Shown here: piece after piece, positions 1-8,266 of the stretch
How positions within the stretch are numbered: the first letter of the stretch is position 1
How the letters are laid out: every line of letters starts with the position of its first letter
From: Dubosiella newyorkensis
GTDB taxonomy: Bacteria > Bacillota_I > Bacilli_A > Erysipelotrichales > Erysipelotrichaceae
Direction: 5' to 3'
Assembly (NCBI RefSeq): GCF_001945605.1
Contig: NZ_MPKA01000086.1
Span: forward strand, 1 to 32,000
Length of the DNA stretch: 32,000 nucleotides
Program-made: the position numbers and the translations under genes
Notes under the pieces: generated by a model
Database searches by the model: none
Told to the model about the DNA's origin: nothing
What the model saw: only the letters and a program-made list of their open reading frames with translations

Positions 1-85
1 TGAAGACGACAAGGTGGATAGGCCGGGAATGGAAGGGCAGCGATGTCCGGAGTGGACCGGTACTAATAGGCCGAGGACTTGATCA
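1..85 (+). rRNA. rrl: 23S rRNA, 3'-terminal fragment (gene continues upstream of the window)
   Basis: The sequence GAAGACGAC..GGTGGATAGG...GGTACTAATAGGCCGAGGACTTGATCA matches the conserved 3' terminus of bacterial 23S rRNA (compare Bacillus ...GGTCGAGGACTTAACCA). A 5S gene follows about 90 nt downstream, as in rrn operons. Confidence 0.85.
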
Positions 86-178
86 GAAAAGAGAAGAGAG
101 GACGCCATGACTTGAAACAGACGAAAGGGTTGTGTCTGAAAGATTTTTCCGGTTTTGAGGGATCGATCGAGGAGAAGA

Positions 179-292
179 TCCGGTGGTGACAGAGAAGTGG
201 AAATACCTGTTCCCGTCCCGAACACAGAAGTCAAGCACTCCATCGCCGAAGGTAGTTGGCTTAGCGCCTGCAAGAATAGGACGCTGCCGGTT
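179..292 (+). rRNA. rrf: 5S rRNA
   Basis: TCCGGTGGTGACAGAGAAGTGG..CCTGTTCCCGTCCCGAACACAGAAGTCAAGC...GCCGAAGGTAGT...AGGACGCTGCCGG aligns position by position with Bacillus 5S rRNA. The terminal helix pairs 180-186 with 284-290. The length of about 114 nt is appropriate. Confidence 0.93.
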
Positions 293-301
293 CTAGAGAA
301 G

Positions 302-331
302 CTAGCAAGACAGACTTGCTGGCTTTTTTTT
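302..331 (+). terminator. Intrinsic terminator ending the rrn operon
   Basis: An 8-bp stem (CTAGCAAG at 302-309 with CTTGCTGG at 315-322) has a 5-nt loop and is followed by C plus a run of 8 T. Confidence 0.8.
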
Positions 332-402
332 GTTATAAATATTCTAATTGTTTCTTAAGAATTGGAATGAAAAGAGTATGCTATAATTTCGACGAGGTAG
401 TT

Positions 403-1938
403 ATGAGAAGGATATTTAAACTCTTAAAACAAAAAGCATTTTATATCGTCGCATCCCTATTGATCCAGGTGATCTGTCTAGGTGTGATCGTGACCTATTT
501 TTCAACCCGTTTTACATTTTTCTATGTGATCATGGTCATCTTAAGCATTATCATGGCCATCCACGTCATCAACCGTGACTCCGATTCGAGCTCCAAACTG
601 CTCTGGGTCGCCTTGATCTTAGCGGTCCCTATTTTTGGAGGACTTATTTACTTGCTCTTTGGGAACCGCAAGATCCCTAAAGCACTTATGGCTCAAGATC
701 GCCAAGCGTATTCCGATTATAAAAAATATGCCATGCAGAACATCCAGACGCTCGAACAAACAAATGGCGAAGACCATATATTGGACCGAATGATCTCGTT
801 GGCATGGTCCAACGGCTATTTTCCAGTCTATGAAAACTGTAAGACAAAATACTTCGATACAGGGGAAATCATGTTCGAGTCGATCAAAAAAGATCTCAAA
901 GAAGCGAAGAATTACATTTTCTTTGAAACCTTTATTTTAGATCAAGGCCATATGTGGGACACGATTTTGAATATCCTCCTTCAAAAAGTAGAAGAAGGAG
1001 TTGATGTGCGATTGATCTATGATGATTTTGGAACGATCACGCATCTTGAAAAAGATTATGAAAAATACTTAAACGAACGAGGAATCAAAACCTATACATT
1101 CAATAAGATCCGACCACAGCTGGCAGTCCAGATGAATAACCGCGACCATAGAAAAATGATCATCATCGACGGACTTAAGGCCTATACAGGAGGCATCAAT
1201 ATTGCCGATGAATATATCAACACAAAAGAACGCTTTGGGTATTGGAAAGATATGGGGATCCGCATCGAAGGAAAAGGCGTAGAAATGTTCACGATCGCTT
1301 TTTTACAGATCTGGAACTATCAATCCAATGAAAACACCCAATACGATTCCTTTTTATTGCCAGAAAAAGACTACGAAAAAATCAAGGGACAAGGCTACAT
1401 CATCCCATTTTCAGATTCACCAACCGATGACAACAATACCGGCAAAAATATGCACCTGAATATGCTGAATATGGCCAACGACCTTTTCTGGATCACTACA
1501 CCGTATTTGATCCTCGATACAGAAATGGTCAACGCCCTCACGCTTGCCGTGAACAACGGAGTGGATGTTCGAATTGTCGTACCAGGCATCCCCGATAAAA
1601 AACTCGTCTATGAAGTGACGAAAAGCAATTATGAATTGCTCATTAAAAAAGGTGTCAAAATTTACGAATACACTCCCGGATTTATCCATGGCAAGGTTTG
1701 CCTATCCGATCAGGAAAGTGCTTTAGTAGGAACTGTAAATATGGATTTCCGCTCCTACTACATCAATTACGAATGCGGGATCTGGCTCTATAAAACGAGC
1801 TGCATTCCGAACATCAAGCATGACTTGGAACAAATCTTTGAACAATCCCACCTTGTGACATTAAAAGAATGTCAAGAAACAAATCCGATCGTTCGCAATT
1901 TTCGAAATATTCTTAGAATCTTTTCACCACTCATGTAA
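403..1938 (+). CDS. cls: Cardiolipin synthase (phospholipase D superfamily, two HKD motifs)
   Basis: The protein has two N-terminal TM helices and two HxK(x)4D motifs (HRKMIIIDG and HGKVCLSD), plus typical Cls sequence (IFFETFILD, GGINIADEY, FWITTPYLILD). I prefer the start at ATG 403 (MRRIFKLLKQ) because of the GAGGT SD at 393-397. The ORF-track start at 316 is a TTG inside the rrn terminator. Confidence 0.93.
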   Translation: MRRIFKLLKQKAFYIVASLLIQVICLGVIVTYFSTRFTFFYVIMVILSIIMAIHVINRDSDSSSKLLWVALILAVPIFGGLIYLLFGNRKIPKALMAQDRQAYSDYKKYAMQNIQTLEQTNGEDHILDRMISLAWSNGYFPVYENCKTKYFDTGEIMFESIKKDLKEAKNYIFFETFILDQGHMWDTILNILLQKVEEGVDVRLIYDDFGTITHLEKDYEKYLNERGIKTYTFNKIRPQLAVQMNNRDHRKMIIIDGLKAYTGGINIADEYINTKERFGYWKDMGIRIEGKGVEMFTIAFLQIWNYQSNENTQYDSFLLPEKDYEKIKGQGYIIPFSDSPTDDNNTGKNMHLNMLNMANDLFWITTPYLILDTEMVNALTLAVNNGVDVRIVVPGIPDKKLVYEVTKSNYELLIKKGVKIYEYTPGFIHGKVCLSDQESALVGTVNMDFRSYYINYECGIWLYKTSCIPNIKHDLEQIFEQSHLVTLKECQETNPIVRNFRNILRIFSPLM

Positions 1939-1967
1939 AAGAGGAAAGCCACAGCTTTCCTCTTTTA
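1938..1967. terminator. Bidirectional intrinsic terminator between convergent cls and fumC
   Basis: A 9-bp perfect stem (GAGGAAAGC at 1941-1949 with GCTTTCCTC at 1954-1962) is flanked by AAAA upstream and TTTT downstream, so it can serve both strands. Confidence 0.8.
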
Positions 1968-1968
1968 T

Positions 1969-3342
1969 CTATTCTTGGATCATTTTTTCTGGCACCACAA
2001 ATTCATCAAATTGCTCTGCGCTCAAAAAACCAAGCTGCACGATCGCTTCTTTTAAAGTCAGATCTTTCTGGTAAGCATATTGAGCCGCCTGTGCCGCTTT
2101 TTTATAGCCGATCACTGGATTCAAACACGTGACAAGCATTAAAGAATCATGCACATTCGACTCCATTTTCTCTTGATTCGCCTTTAAACCTTGCAGTAGA
2201 TGCTCACTAAAAGAAATCATCGCATCCGCTAATAAACGCGCGCTTTGATCTAAATTGTACGCGATCAAAGGCATATAGACATTCAACTCAAAATTTCCTT
2301 GACTCGCTGCGATCCCAACAGCGCCATCGTTTCCCATTACTTGAACACAAACCATGCTAAGCGCTTCGCACTGGGTAGGATTGACTTTCCCTGGCATGAT
2401 CGAAGAACCTGGCTCATTGGCCGGGATCACGATTTCGCCGATCCCGCACCGAGGCCCGCAAGCAAGCCAGCGAATATCGTTGGCAATCTTTAGAAGATTG
2501 GCAGCCAAGCTTTTCAAAGCGCCCGAATAAAAAGCACACGCGTCTTTGCTTGTCAAAGCATGGAATTTATTTGGATCAGGAACAAAAGACTCTTTTAAAA
2601 ACTCGCTCAAAAGATCATCCACCATTTGATCAAATCCTTTCGGACAATTGATCCCAGAGCCAACTGCGGTGGCCCCGCACGCTAATTCCCGTAAAAACGG
2701 GAGGACAGCTTCGAGTTGGGCTTTACTGTGTTCAAGCATCGACCGATAGCCGCTCAACTCTTGCGAAAAATAAAGGGGTGTCGCATCTTGAAGATGCGTT
2801 CTTCCAATCTTGATGATTCCTTTATTTTCATCTTCGAGCCGTCTAAAATCGCTGATCATTCGATCCAAGGCAGGAAACAATAGATTCTGGATCTCCATCA
2901 CACACATGATATGGAGAGCTGCCGGAAACGTATCGTTCGAAGACTGAGAACAATTGACCACATCATTTTGGTGCAGGATCTCTTCATGGGCCCACTCATT
3001 GCCAAGCATCGTGATCACTTCATTCACATTCATATTGGTTTGGGTTCCCGAACCCGTCTGCCACACACTTAAAGGAAATTGATCAAGATAGTTGCCTTTG
3101 AGAACTTCATCACAAACATGCACGATCGCCTCTTTTTGAAAAGAAGAGATCAAGCCAAACTTTTCGTTCGCCAAAGCGCACGCCTTTTTTAAATACATAA
3201 AACTCATGATGAGATCCTTAGGCATCTTTTCTGAACCAATCTTAAAATTCTCTAAACTCCGCTGTGTTTGGGATTTCCAATATTTATCGCTTTCAACTTC
3301 GATTTCACCAAGAACATCGCTTTCAATTCTCGTTTTCTTCAT
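1969..3342 (-). CDS. fumC: Fumarate hydratase, class II
   Basis: The alignment to E. coli FumC is near-collinear: WQTGSGTQTNMNVNEV, KIGRTHLQDATPL, and the signature GSSIMPGKVNPTQCEALSMVCVQVMGND. The PTQCEA sequence distinguishes FumC from AspA. Confidence 0.95.
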   Translation of the reverse strand: MKKTRIESDVLGEIEVESDKYWKSQTQRSLENFKIGSEKMPKDLIMSFMYLKKACALANEKFGLISSFQKEAIVHVCDEVLKGNYLDQFPLSVWQTGSGTQTNMNVNEVITMLGNEWAHEEILHQNDVVNCSQSSNDTFPAALHIMCVMEIQNLLFPALDRMISDFRRLEDENKGIIKIGRTHLQDATPLYFSQELSGYRSMLEHSKAQLEAVLPFLRELACGATAVGSGINCPKGFDQMVDDLLSEFLKESFVPDPNKFHALTSKDACAFYSGALKSLAANLLKIANDIRWLACGPRCGIGEIVIPANEPGSSIMPGKVNPTQCEALSMVCVQVMGNDGAVGIAASQGNFELNVYMPLIAYNLDQSARLLADAMISFSEHLLQGLKANQEKMESNVHDSLMLVTCLNPVIGYKKAAQAAQYAYQKDLTLKEAIVQLGFLSAEQFDEFVVPEKMIQE

Positions 3343-3433
3343 ATAAGTCTCCTTCTTTGAAGGTATTTTAGCATCTCTAGAAACAAAAATGAAAACTCCA
3401 TGTTAAAATAAAAAAAGGAAGGCGGTTTTTTTT

Positions 3434-5539
3434 ATGCGAATGAAAGACCCTTACGAGGCGTATATCGATACATACAACACGATAAACGTCTATATGTCAA
3501 AGAATTTTTACGATGGACAAAGCAAAAGCTTCCATCTTGAAGATCTAGAAGGAAATATGATCCCATTAAGCGTGCAGCAACGCTCGGATCTCTATAACGG
3601 ATATACTCATTATCGACTCTCGATCGATCAGCCACTAACGATTGGCACCGAATATTATGTATACAGCGATTCTTGCCGGAAAACACCAGCCAAGTACGCT
3701 CACATCGTGAAAACAGCCGAATTTGCCCGCGAATTCACGAATATCACTGAACAGCTTGGCGCCCATTATACAAAAGATAAAACGACTTTTGCTTTATGGG
3801 CCCCGACAGCTGTAAGGATCGTGCTTTGCCTCTATGAAGGCGAGCAAACCAAAACCTATGAATTGAAACGTGAAAACCAAGGCATCTTTAAAGTCGAGGT
3901 CCAAGGCGACCTGCATGGAGTGCCTTATACTTTTTTAGTCCGCTGCAATGGGGCATGGACCCCGTGCATCGATCCTTATACGATGTTTTCTACGACGGAT
4001 GGGCAAAAAAGTGTCGTGATCGACGAAACGACACTTGCTTTACCAGAAAAAGTAGAAATGGAACCCCAACAAAGCAATACAGACGCGATCATTTATGAAG
4101 TATCGATCCGCGACATGACAAGTCATAGCGATATTGGCGTCTCGCATCCCAAAAAATTTGTCGGCTTCATCGAAGAAAACGAGATCACGCGTCTAAAGAA
4201 TACGGGATTCAGCTATATCAAAGATCTAGGCATCACGCATTTGCAGATCATGCCCGTCAATGATTTTGGAAGCGTCGACGAATTCCATCAAGACCTCTAC
4301 TACAATTGGGGCTATGACCCGATGCAGTTTCGAGCGCTGGAAGGTAGCTATTCTCTTGATCCAGCCAACCCTGTATGTCGGATCCAGGAATTCGCGCGGC
4401 TCGTCAATACGTGCCATAAAAACGGGATCCGCGTCAACTTGGATGTTGTCTTTAATCATGTGTATGATAAACAACGCTTTGCTTTGGAAACACTTGTTCC
4501 AAATTATTATTTTTTGATGAATCAAAATGGCGAGTTTTCAAATGGGAGCGGCTGCGGGAACGATATCGATACCCAGCCGATCATGTCAAAACGATATTTC
4601 CTCAATACATGCCGCAAACTCATCCATACATTCGATATCGATGGGCTTCGATTCGATTTGATGGGGATCTTGGATATCAATTTTATGAATGAAGTCGCGC
4701 AGACTTGCCGCTCGATCAAACCCGGTTTTATGATCTATGGAGAAGGATGGAACATGCCAAGCTTCTTGCCAGAGAACCAAAGAGCGAGTCAGCAGAATCA
4801 AAGCCAGATGCCGAATATCGGTCATTTTTCTGATCGGTTCCGCGAAGTGATCCGAGGCTCCAACAGCGACTTGCACCAGCGAGGCTACGCCAGCGGAAAT
4901 ATCCAGAAGATCAATGAAGCGATGCAAGTCTTGGCCGCTAGTTGTCAAGATTTCGTCTTCAATTCGCCACAAAAAGTCGTGAATTTTGTCGAATGTCATG
5001 ACAACCATACACTATGGGATAAAAACAGGGTCGCTTGCCAAGGGGAAGGAAGAGATCTAAGAGAGAAGCGGCAGATCTTAGCCAACGCGATGGTGTTGTT
5101 GGCGCAAGGAATCGCATTCATTCATTCCGGTCAAGAATTTGGTCGAACAAAAAACAACATCGGCAATTCATACAATCAGCCGGATGCCGTCAATAGCATC
5201 GACTATACTAGGCGGAATTTCCATCAAACGATCATGAAAGATACCAAAGAGTTGATCAAGATCCGCAAGGAACACCCTTCGTTCCGCTTGAAAACAAGCG
5301 AAGAGATCGCGAACAATGTCAGCTTCGAAATGATCGAAAACCAAGTGCTCGTTTATAAAACCAACAAAGACAACGATCGGAATTACGTATTTTTCAATCC
5401 GACCAGCAACAGCTTTCAATACTTTATGAACGAAAAAGGGAAAGTCATCTTCGATAATGGAAATTCGAACGATCCATACAATCAAAACTTGATCATCGCC
5501 CCTTACAGTGTATTGATCTACCATCTAGGACAAGAGTAA
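3434..5539 (+). CDS. pulA: Type I pullulanase / alpha-1,6-glucan debranching enzyme (GH13)
   Basis: GH13 conserved regions are present: NWGYDP, VNLDVVFNHV, DGLRFDLMG, YGEGWN and FVECHDN. N-terminal carbohydrate-binding/E-set-like domains are present (FALWAPTA). The length of 701 aa is typical for Firmicute PulA. Confidence 0.9.
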   Translation: MRMKDPYEAYIDTYNTINVYMSKNFYDGQSKSFHLEDLEGNMIPLSVQQRSDLYNGYTHYRLSIDQPLTIGTEYYVYSDSCRKTPAKYAHIVKTAEFAREFTNITEQLGAHYTKDKTTFALWAPTAVRIVLCLYEGEQTKTYELKRENQGIFKVEVQGDLHGVPYTFLVRCNGAWTPCIDPYTMFSTTDGQKSVVIDETTLALPEKVEMEPQQSNTDAIIYEVSIRDMTSHSDIGVSHPKKFVGFIEENEITRLKNTGFSYIKDLGITHLQIMPVNDFGSVDEFHQDLYYNWGYDPMQFRALEGSYSLDPANPVCRIQEFARLVNTCHKNGIRVNLDVVFNHVYDKQRFALETLVPNYYFLMNQNGEFSNGSGCGNDIDTQPIMSKRYFLNTCRKLIHTFDIDGLRFDLMGILDINFMNEVAQTCRSIKPGFMIYGEGWNMPSFLPENQRASQQNQSQMPNIGHFSDRFREVIRGSNSDLHQRGYASGNIQKINEAMQVLAASCQDFVFNSPQKVVNFVECHDNHTLWDKNRVACQGEGRDLREKRQILANAMVLLAQGIAFIHSGQEFGRTKNNIGNSYNQPDAVNSIDYTRRNFHQTIMKDTKELIKIRKEHPSFRLKTSEEIANNVSFEMIENQVLVYKTNKDNDRNYVFFNPTSNSFQYFMNEKGKVIFDNGNSNDPYNQNLIIAPYSVLIYHLGQE

Positions 5540-5554
5540 ACGAAAGACTCGAGG

Positions 5555-5582
5555 TTGAATGCCAATTTCGGTGTGATATAAT
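5555..5582 (+). promoter_or_regulatory. Sigma-A type promoter for guaB (TTGAAT-16-TGaTATAAT)
   Basis: The -35 is TTGAAT at 5555-5560 and the -10 is TATAAT at 5577-5582, with an extended TG at 5574-5575. It lies about 24 nt upstream of the guaB ATG (SD GGAGG). Confidence 0.65.
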
Positions 5583-5605
5583 GTTAGAAAATATTTGGAG
5601 GAACT

Positions 5606-7117
5606 ATGGCAAAATTTTTCAAAGAACCATCTAGAACATTTAGCGAATACTTGCTTGTGCCAGGCTATTCTGGACCCGATTGTACACCCGACAACGTCTC
5701 ATTGAAAACGCCTTTGGTCAAATTCAAAAAAGGAGAAGAACCCGCTTTATCTTTAAATATTCCTATGGTTTCCGCTGTCATGCAGGCTGTCAGTGGCGAA
5801 GAAATGGCTTGCGCCCTTTCTAGAGAAGGGGGAGTCAGCTTTATTTATGGCTCGCAGCCAATTGAAAGCCAAGCGGAAATGGTCCGAAATGTAAAAGCGT
5901 CGAAAGCAGGATTTGTCGGCAGTGATTCAAACCTTTCTTTGGATAGCACGCTTGCCGATGTTCTCGCTTTGAAAAAGAAAACGGGTCACTCGACGATGGC
6001 CGTGACAGATACAGGAAAAAGAGATGGAAAGCTTGTGGGGTTGGTCACTTCGCGCGATTTCCGCGAATCTCGTATGGATAAGAACACCAAAGTCAAAGAT
6101 TTCATGACCGCGTTCGACAAGCTGATCGTTGGAAAGGATGGCATCTCTCTTTCTGAAGCCAACGATATCATTTGGGAACATAAACTCAATCAGCTTCCTA
6201 TCGTCGATGAGAATCAGCGCTTAAAAGCGTTCGTGTTCCGTAAAGACTATGATTCCCATAAAGAAAATCCAAATGAGCTTTTGGATGAAAACAAGCGCTA
6301 TATCGTTGGAGCCGGAATCAATACAAGAGACTACGCTCAACGCGTTCCAGCCCTTGTGGAAGCAGGCGTCGATGTACTCGTGATCGACTCTTCCGAAGGT
6401 TATTCCTGCTGGCAAAAAGATACGATCCAATGGGTGCGCGAACATTATGGCGACAGTGTGAAGATCGGCGCAGGAAATGTCGTCGATGGCGATGGATTCC
6501 GCTTCTTGGCCGAGGCAGGTGCGGATTTTATCAAAGTCGGGATCGGTGGAGGCTCGATCTGCATCACCCGCGAACAAAAAGGAATCGGTCGTGGACAAGC
6601 GACAGCGACCCTCGATGTAGCTAACGCGCGCGATGAGTATTTCAAAAATACCGGAATCTATATTCCGATTTGTTCGGATGGCGGGATCGTACACGATTAC
6701 CATATCACTCTCGCTTTAGCCTTCGGAGCCGATTTCGTTATGTTAGGTCGTTATTTTGCACGTTTTAAAGAAGCGCCAAACAAACGCGTGAGCATCAATG
6801 GAAACTATATGAAAGAGTATTGGGGCGAAGGTTCTGCCAGAGCGCGTAACTGGCAACGTTATGATGTTGGTGGAGAAGGAAAGATGTCTTTTGTCGAAGG
6901 TGTCGATTCGTTTGTACCTTACGCTGGGTCGCTTCGAGACAATGTCGCTTTGACCTTATCGAAGATCAAACATACGATGTGCAACTGCGGATGCTTGACG
7001 ATACCAGAACTTCAACGAGATGCCAAAGTCACGCTCGTTTCTTCAACAAGTATCGTCGAAGGCGGGGCTCACGATGTGGTTGTCCGGGATGAAAATGTGG
7101 ATGCTAAAGTTCAGTAA
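5606..7117 (+). CDS. guaB: Inosine-5'-monophosphate dehydrogenase
   Basis: The catalytic loop is [23 protein letters not shown], and a CBS-pair insert is present (STMAVTD...LVGLVTSRD). The C-terminal sequence is [18 protein letters not shown]...[11 protein letters not shown]. Length is 503 aa. Confidence 0.95.
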   Translation: MAKFFKEPSRTFSEYLLVPGYSGPDCTPDNVSLKTPLVKFKKGEEPALSLNIPMVSAVMQAVSGEEMACALSREGGVSFIYGSQPIESQAEMVRNVKASKAGFVGSDSNLSLDSTLADVLALKKKTGHSTMAVTDTGKRDGKLVGLVTSRDFRESRMDKNTKVKDFMTAFDKLIVGKDGISLSEANDIIWEHKLNQLPIVDENQRLKAFVFRKDYDSHKENPNELLDENKRYIVGAGINTRDYAQRVPALVEAGVDVLVIDSSEGYSCWQKDTIQWVREHYGDSVKIGAGNVVDGDGFRFLAEAGADFIKVGIGGGSICITREQKGIGRGQATATLDVANARDEYFKNTGIYIPICSDGGIVHDYHITLALAFGADFVMLGRYFARFKEAPNKRVSINGNYMKEYWGEGSARARNWQRYDVGGEGKMSFVEGVDSFVPYAGSLRDNVALTLSKIKHTMCNCGCLTIPELQRDAKVTLVSSTSIVEGGAHDVVVRDENVDAKVQ

Positions 7118-7144
7118 AAGAAGGGTCGCCTTCTTTTCTTTTTG
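7117..7144 (+). terminator. Intrinsic terminator after guaB
   Basis: A stem (AAAGAAGG at 7117-7124 with CCTTCTTT at 7129-7136) has a GTCG loop and is followed by a T-rich tract, TCTTTTTG. It abuts or overlaps the first possible start codons of the next ORF. Confidence 0.7.
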
Positions 7145-8266
7145 ATGATGAAACAAGAACACGCGCATAAAAGCGATATCATGATGGATATCAGCATCTT
7201 GTATCGAAACACCCAAAAGTATTTCGACCGCAAGCTCGAACCATTGAAACTGACATACGCCCAGCTTCCCGTTTTATTCGCAATTTATGAAGAAGAAGGG
7301 ATCTCGATGCAGCGCATCGTCGAAAATGGCCAATACGATAAAGGGACCGTTACCAAGAACGTGCAAAAGCTCGAAAATCTAGGCTATATCAAAACTGTGC
7401 CCTCGAAAGTAGATAAACGTCTAAAGCATCTATATCCAACCAATGCGTGCGCGCAAATCATGCCGACCATATATCAAATGCGGGCTGATTGGTGGACTAA
7501 GGTCACAACAAGCATGGATAGAGAACAACTAGATGTTTTTCAAAACACATATTCTCTTTTGAGTGCCAATGTCAGCGCGTTTGCGGCTTGGAAACTCGAT
7601 GAATTTCGATTTTATGATTTAGATCCTTTATGTGTTGGTCATGAACCAGGAAAACTGAGCGCTTGTCTCTATACAGCTGGATGTAATCTTCGTTGCCCAG
7701 ATTGTCCAAGAAAAGATCTAGTCTATCTCAAAGAATCCAAAACACCTCTAAAAATGGAAAAAGTCAGCGCGTTTTTAGAGGAGAGAAAACACTTTTTATC
7801 AGCGCTTTGCATTCAAGGAGGCGAAGCGTGCTTGAATCCAGAACTCTCACATTTCTTTATCTATGTCAAACAGATGGGGTATACGATCATTTTAAAAACC
7901 AATGGAACGAAGCCAAAGGTTTTGAAGCAATGGATCGAAGAAAACGCAGTGGATAGAATCTGGTTCAACTTTAAAAGCCCCCCTCGACTCTACGCGAAAA
8001 AAACAGGGATGGACTTCTTTGACTTCTCGCTGATCGAACAAACATTGCAGATCCTGAAAACGATCCCGGATCGTACGGTCGTTGAAACAAGGCTTGCGCT
8101 TGATCTGTTTGAAGGCGGACTTGAAGAGATGGCGGGCTATCTTGATAAATCGTTCAAATGGATATGGCATGTTGATACATCGCTCCAAAACGAAACGATT
8201 CTCGTAGAAAAAGAGCGCTGTCAACACTATGTGAAAGAAATAGAGATCCGATATGCAAATACTTAA
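7142..8266 (+). CDS. Fusion protein: N-terminal MarR-family winged-helix domain plus C-terminal NrdG-like (class III RNR activase type) radical-SAM domain
   Basis: Residues ~14-150 look like MarR (LTYAQLPVLFAIYEEEGISMQRIVENGQYDKGTVTKNVQKLENLGYIKTVPSKVDKRLKHLYPT). Residues ~160-374 resemble the NrdG2-type activase: a CxxxCxxC motif (CNLRCPDC, nt 7682-7705), a GGE motif (IQGGEACL) and ILKTNGTKPKVL. The reading frame is continuous with no internal stop. The start is uncertain (TTG 7142, ATG 7145/7148, or ATG 7178/7181), and no candidate has a convincing SD. Confidence 0.8.
   Translation: MMMKQEHAHKSDIMMDISILYRNTQKYFDRKLEPLKLTYAQLPVLFAIYEEEGISMQRIVENGQYDKGTVTKNVQKLENLGYIKTVPSKVDKRLKHLYPTNACAQIMPTIYQMRADWWTKVTTSMDREQLDVFQNTYSLLSANVSAFAAWKLDEFRFYDLDPLCVGHEPGKLSACLYTAGCNLRCPDCPRKDLVYLKESKTPLKMEKVSAFLEERKHFLSALCIQGGEACLNPELSHFFIYVKQMGYTIILKTNGTKPKVLKQWIEENAVDRIWFNFKSPPRLYAKKTGMDFFDFSLIEQTLQILKTIPDRTVVETRLALDLFEGGLEEMAGYLDKSFKWIWHVDTSLQNETILVEKERCQHYVKEIEIRYANT

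Noticed and set aside
155-358. A 67-aa ORF on the + strand
   Set aside because: It lies entirely across the 5S rRNA gene and the rrn terminator. The Arg-rich translation is an artefact of structured RNA sequence.
3343-3433. A catabolite-responsive element (cre) or other operator in the divergent fumC/pulA intergenic region (TGAAAACTCCATGT)
   Set aside because: It has too many mismatches to the cre consensus (TGWAANCGNTNWCA), including the central CG. It is not supportable by eye.
5540-5605. A purine or guanine riboswitch upstream of guaB
   Set aside because: The leader between the predicted -10 (5577-5582) and the SD is only ~15 nt, which is far too short for an aptamer.
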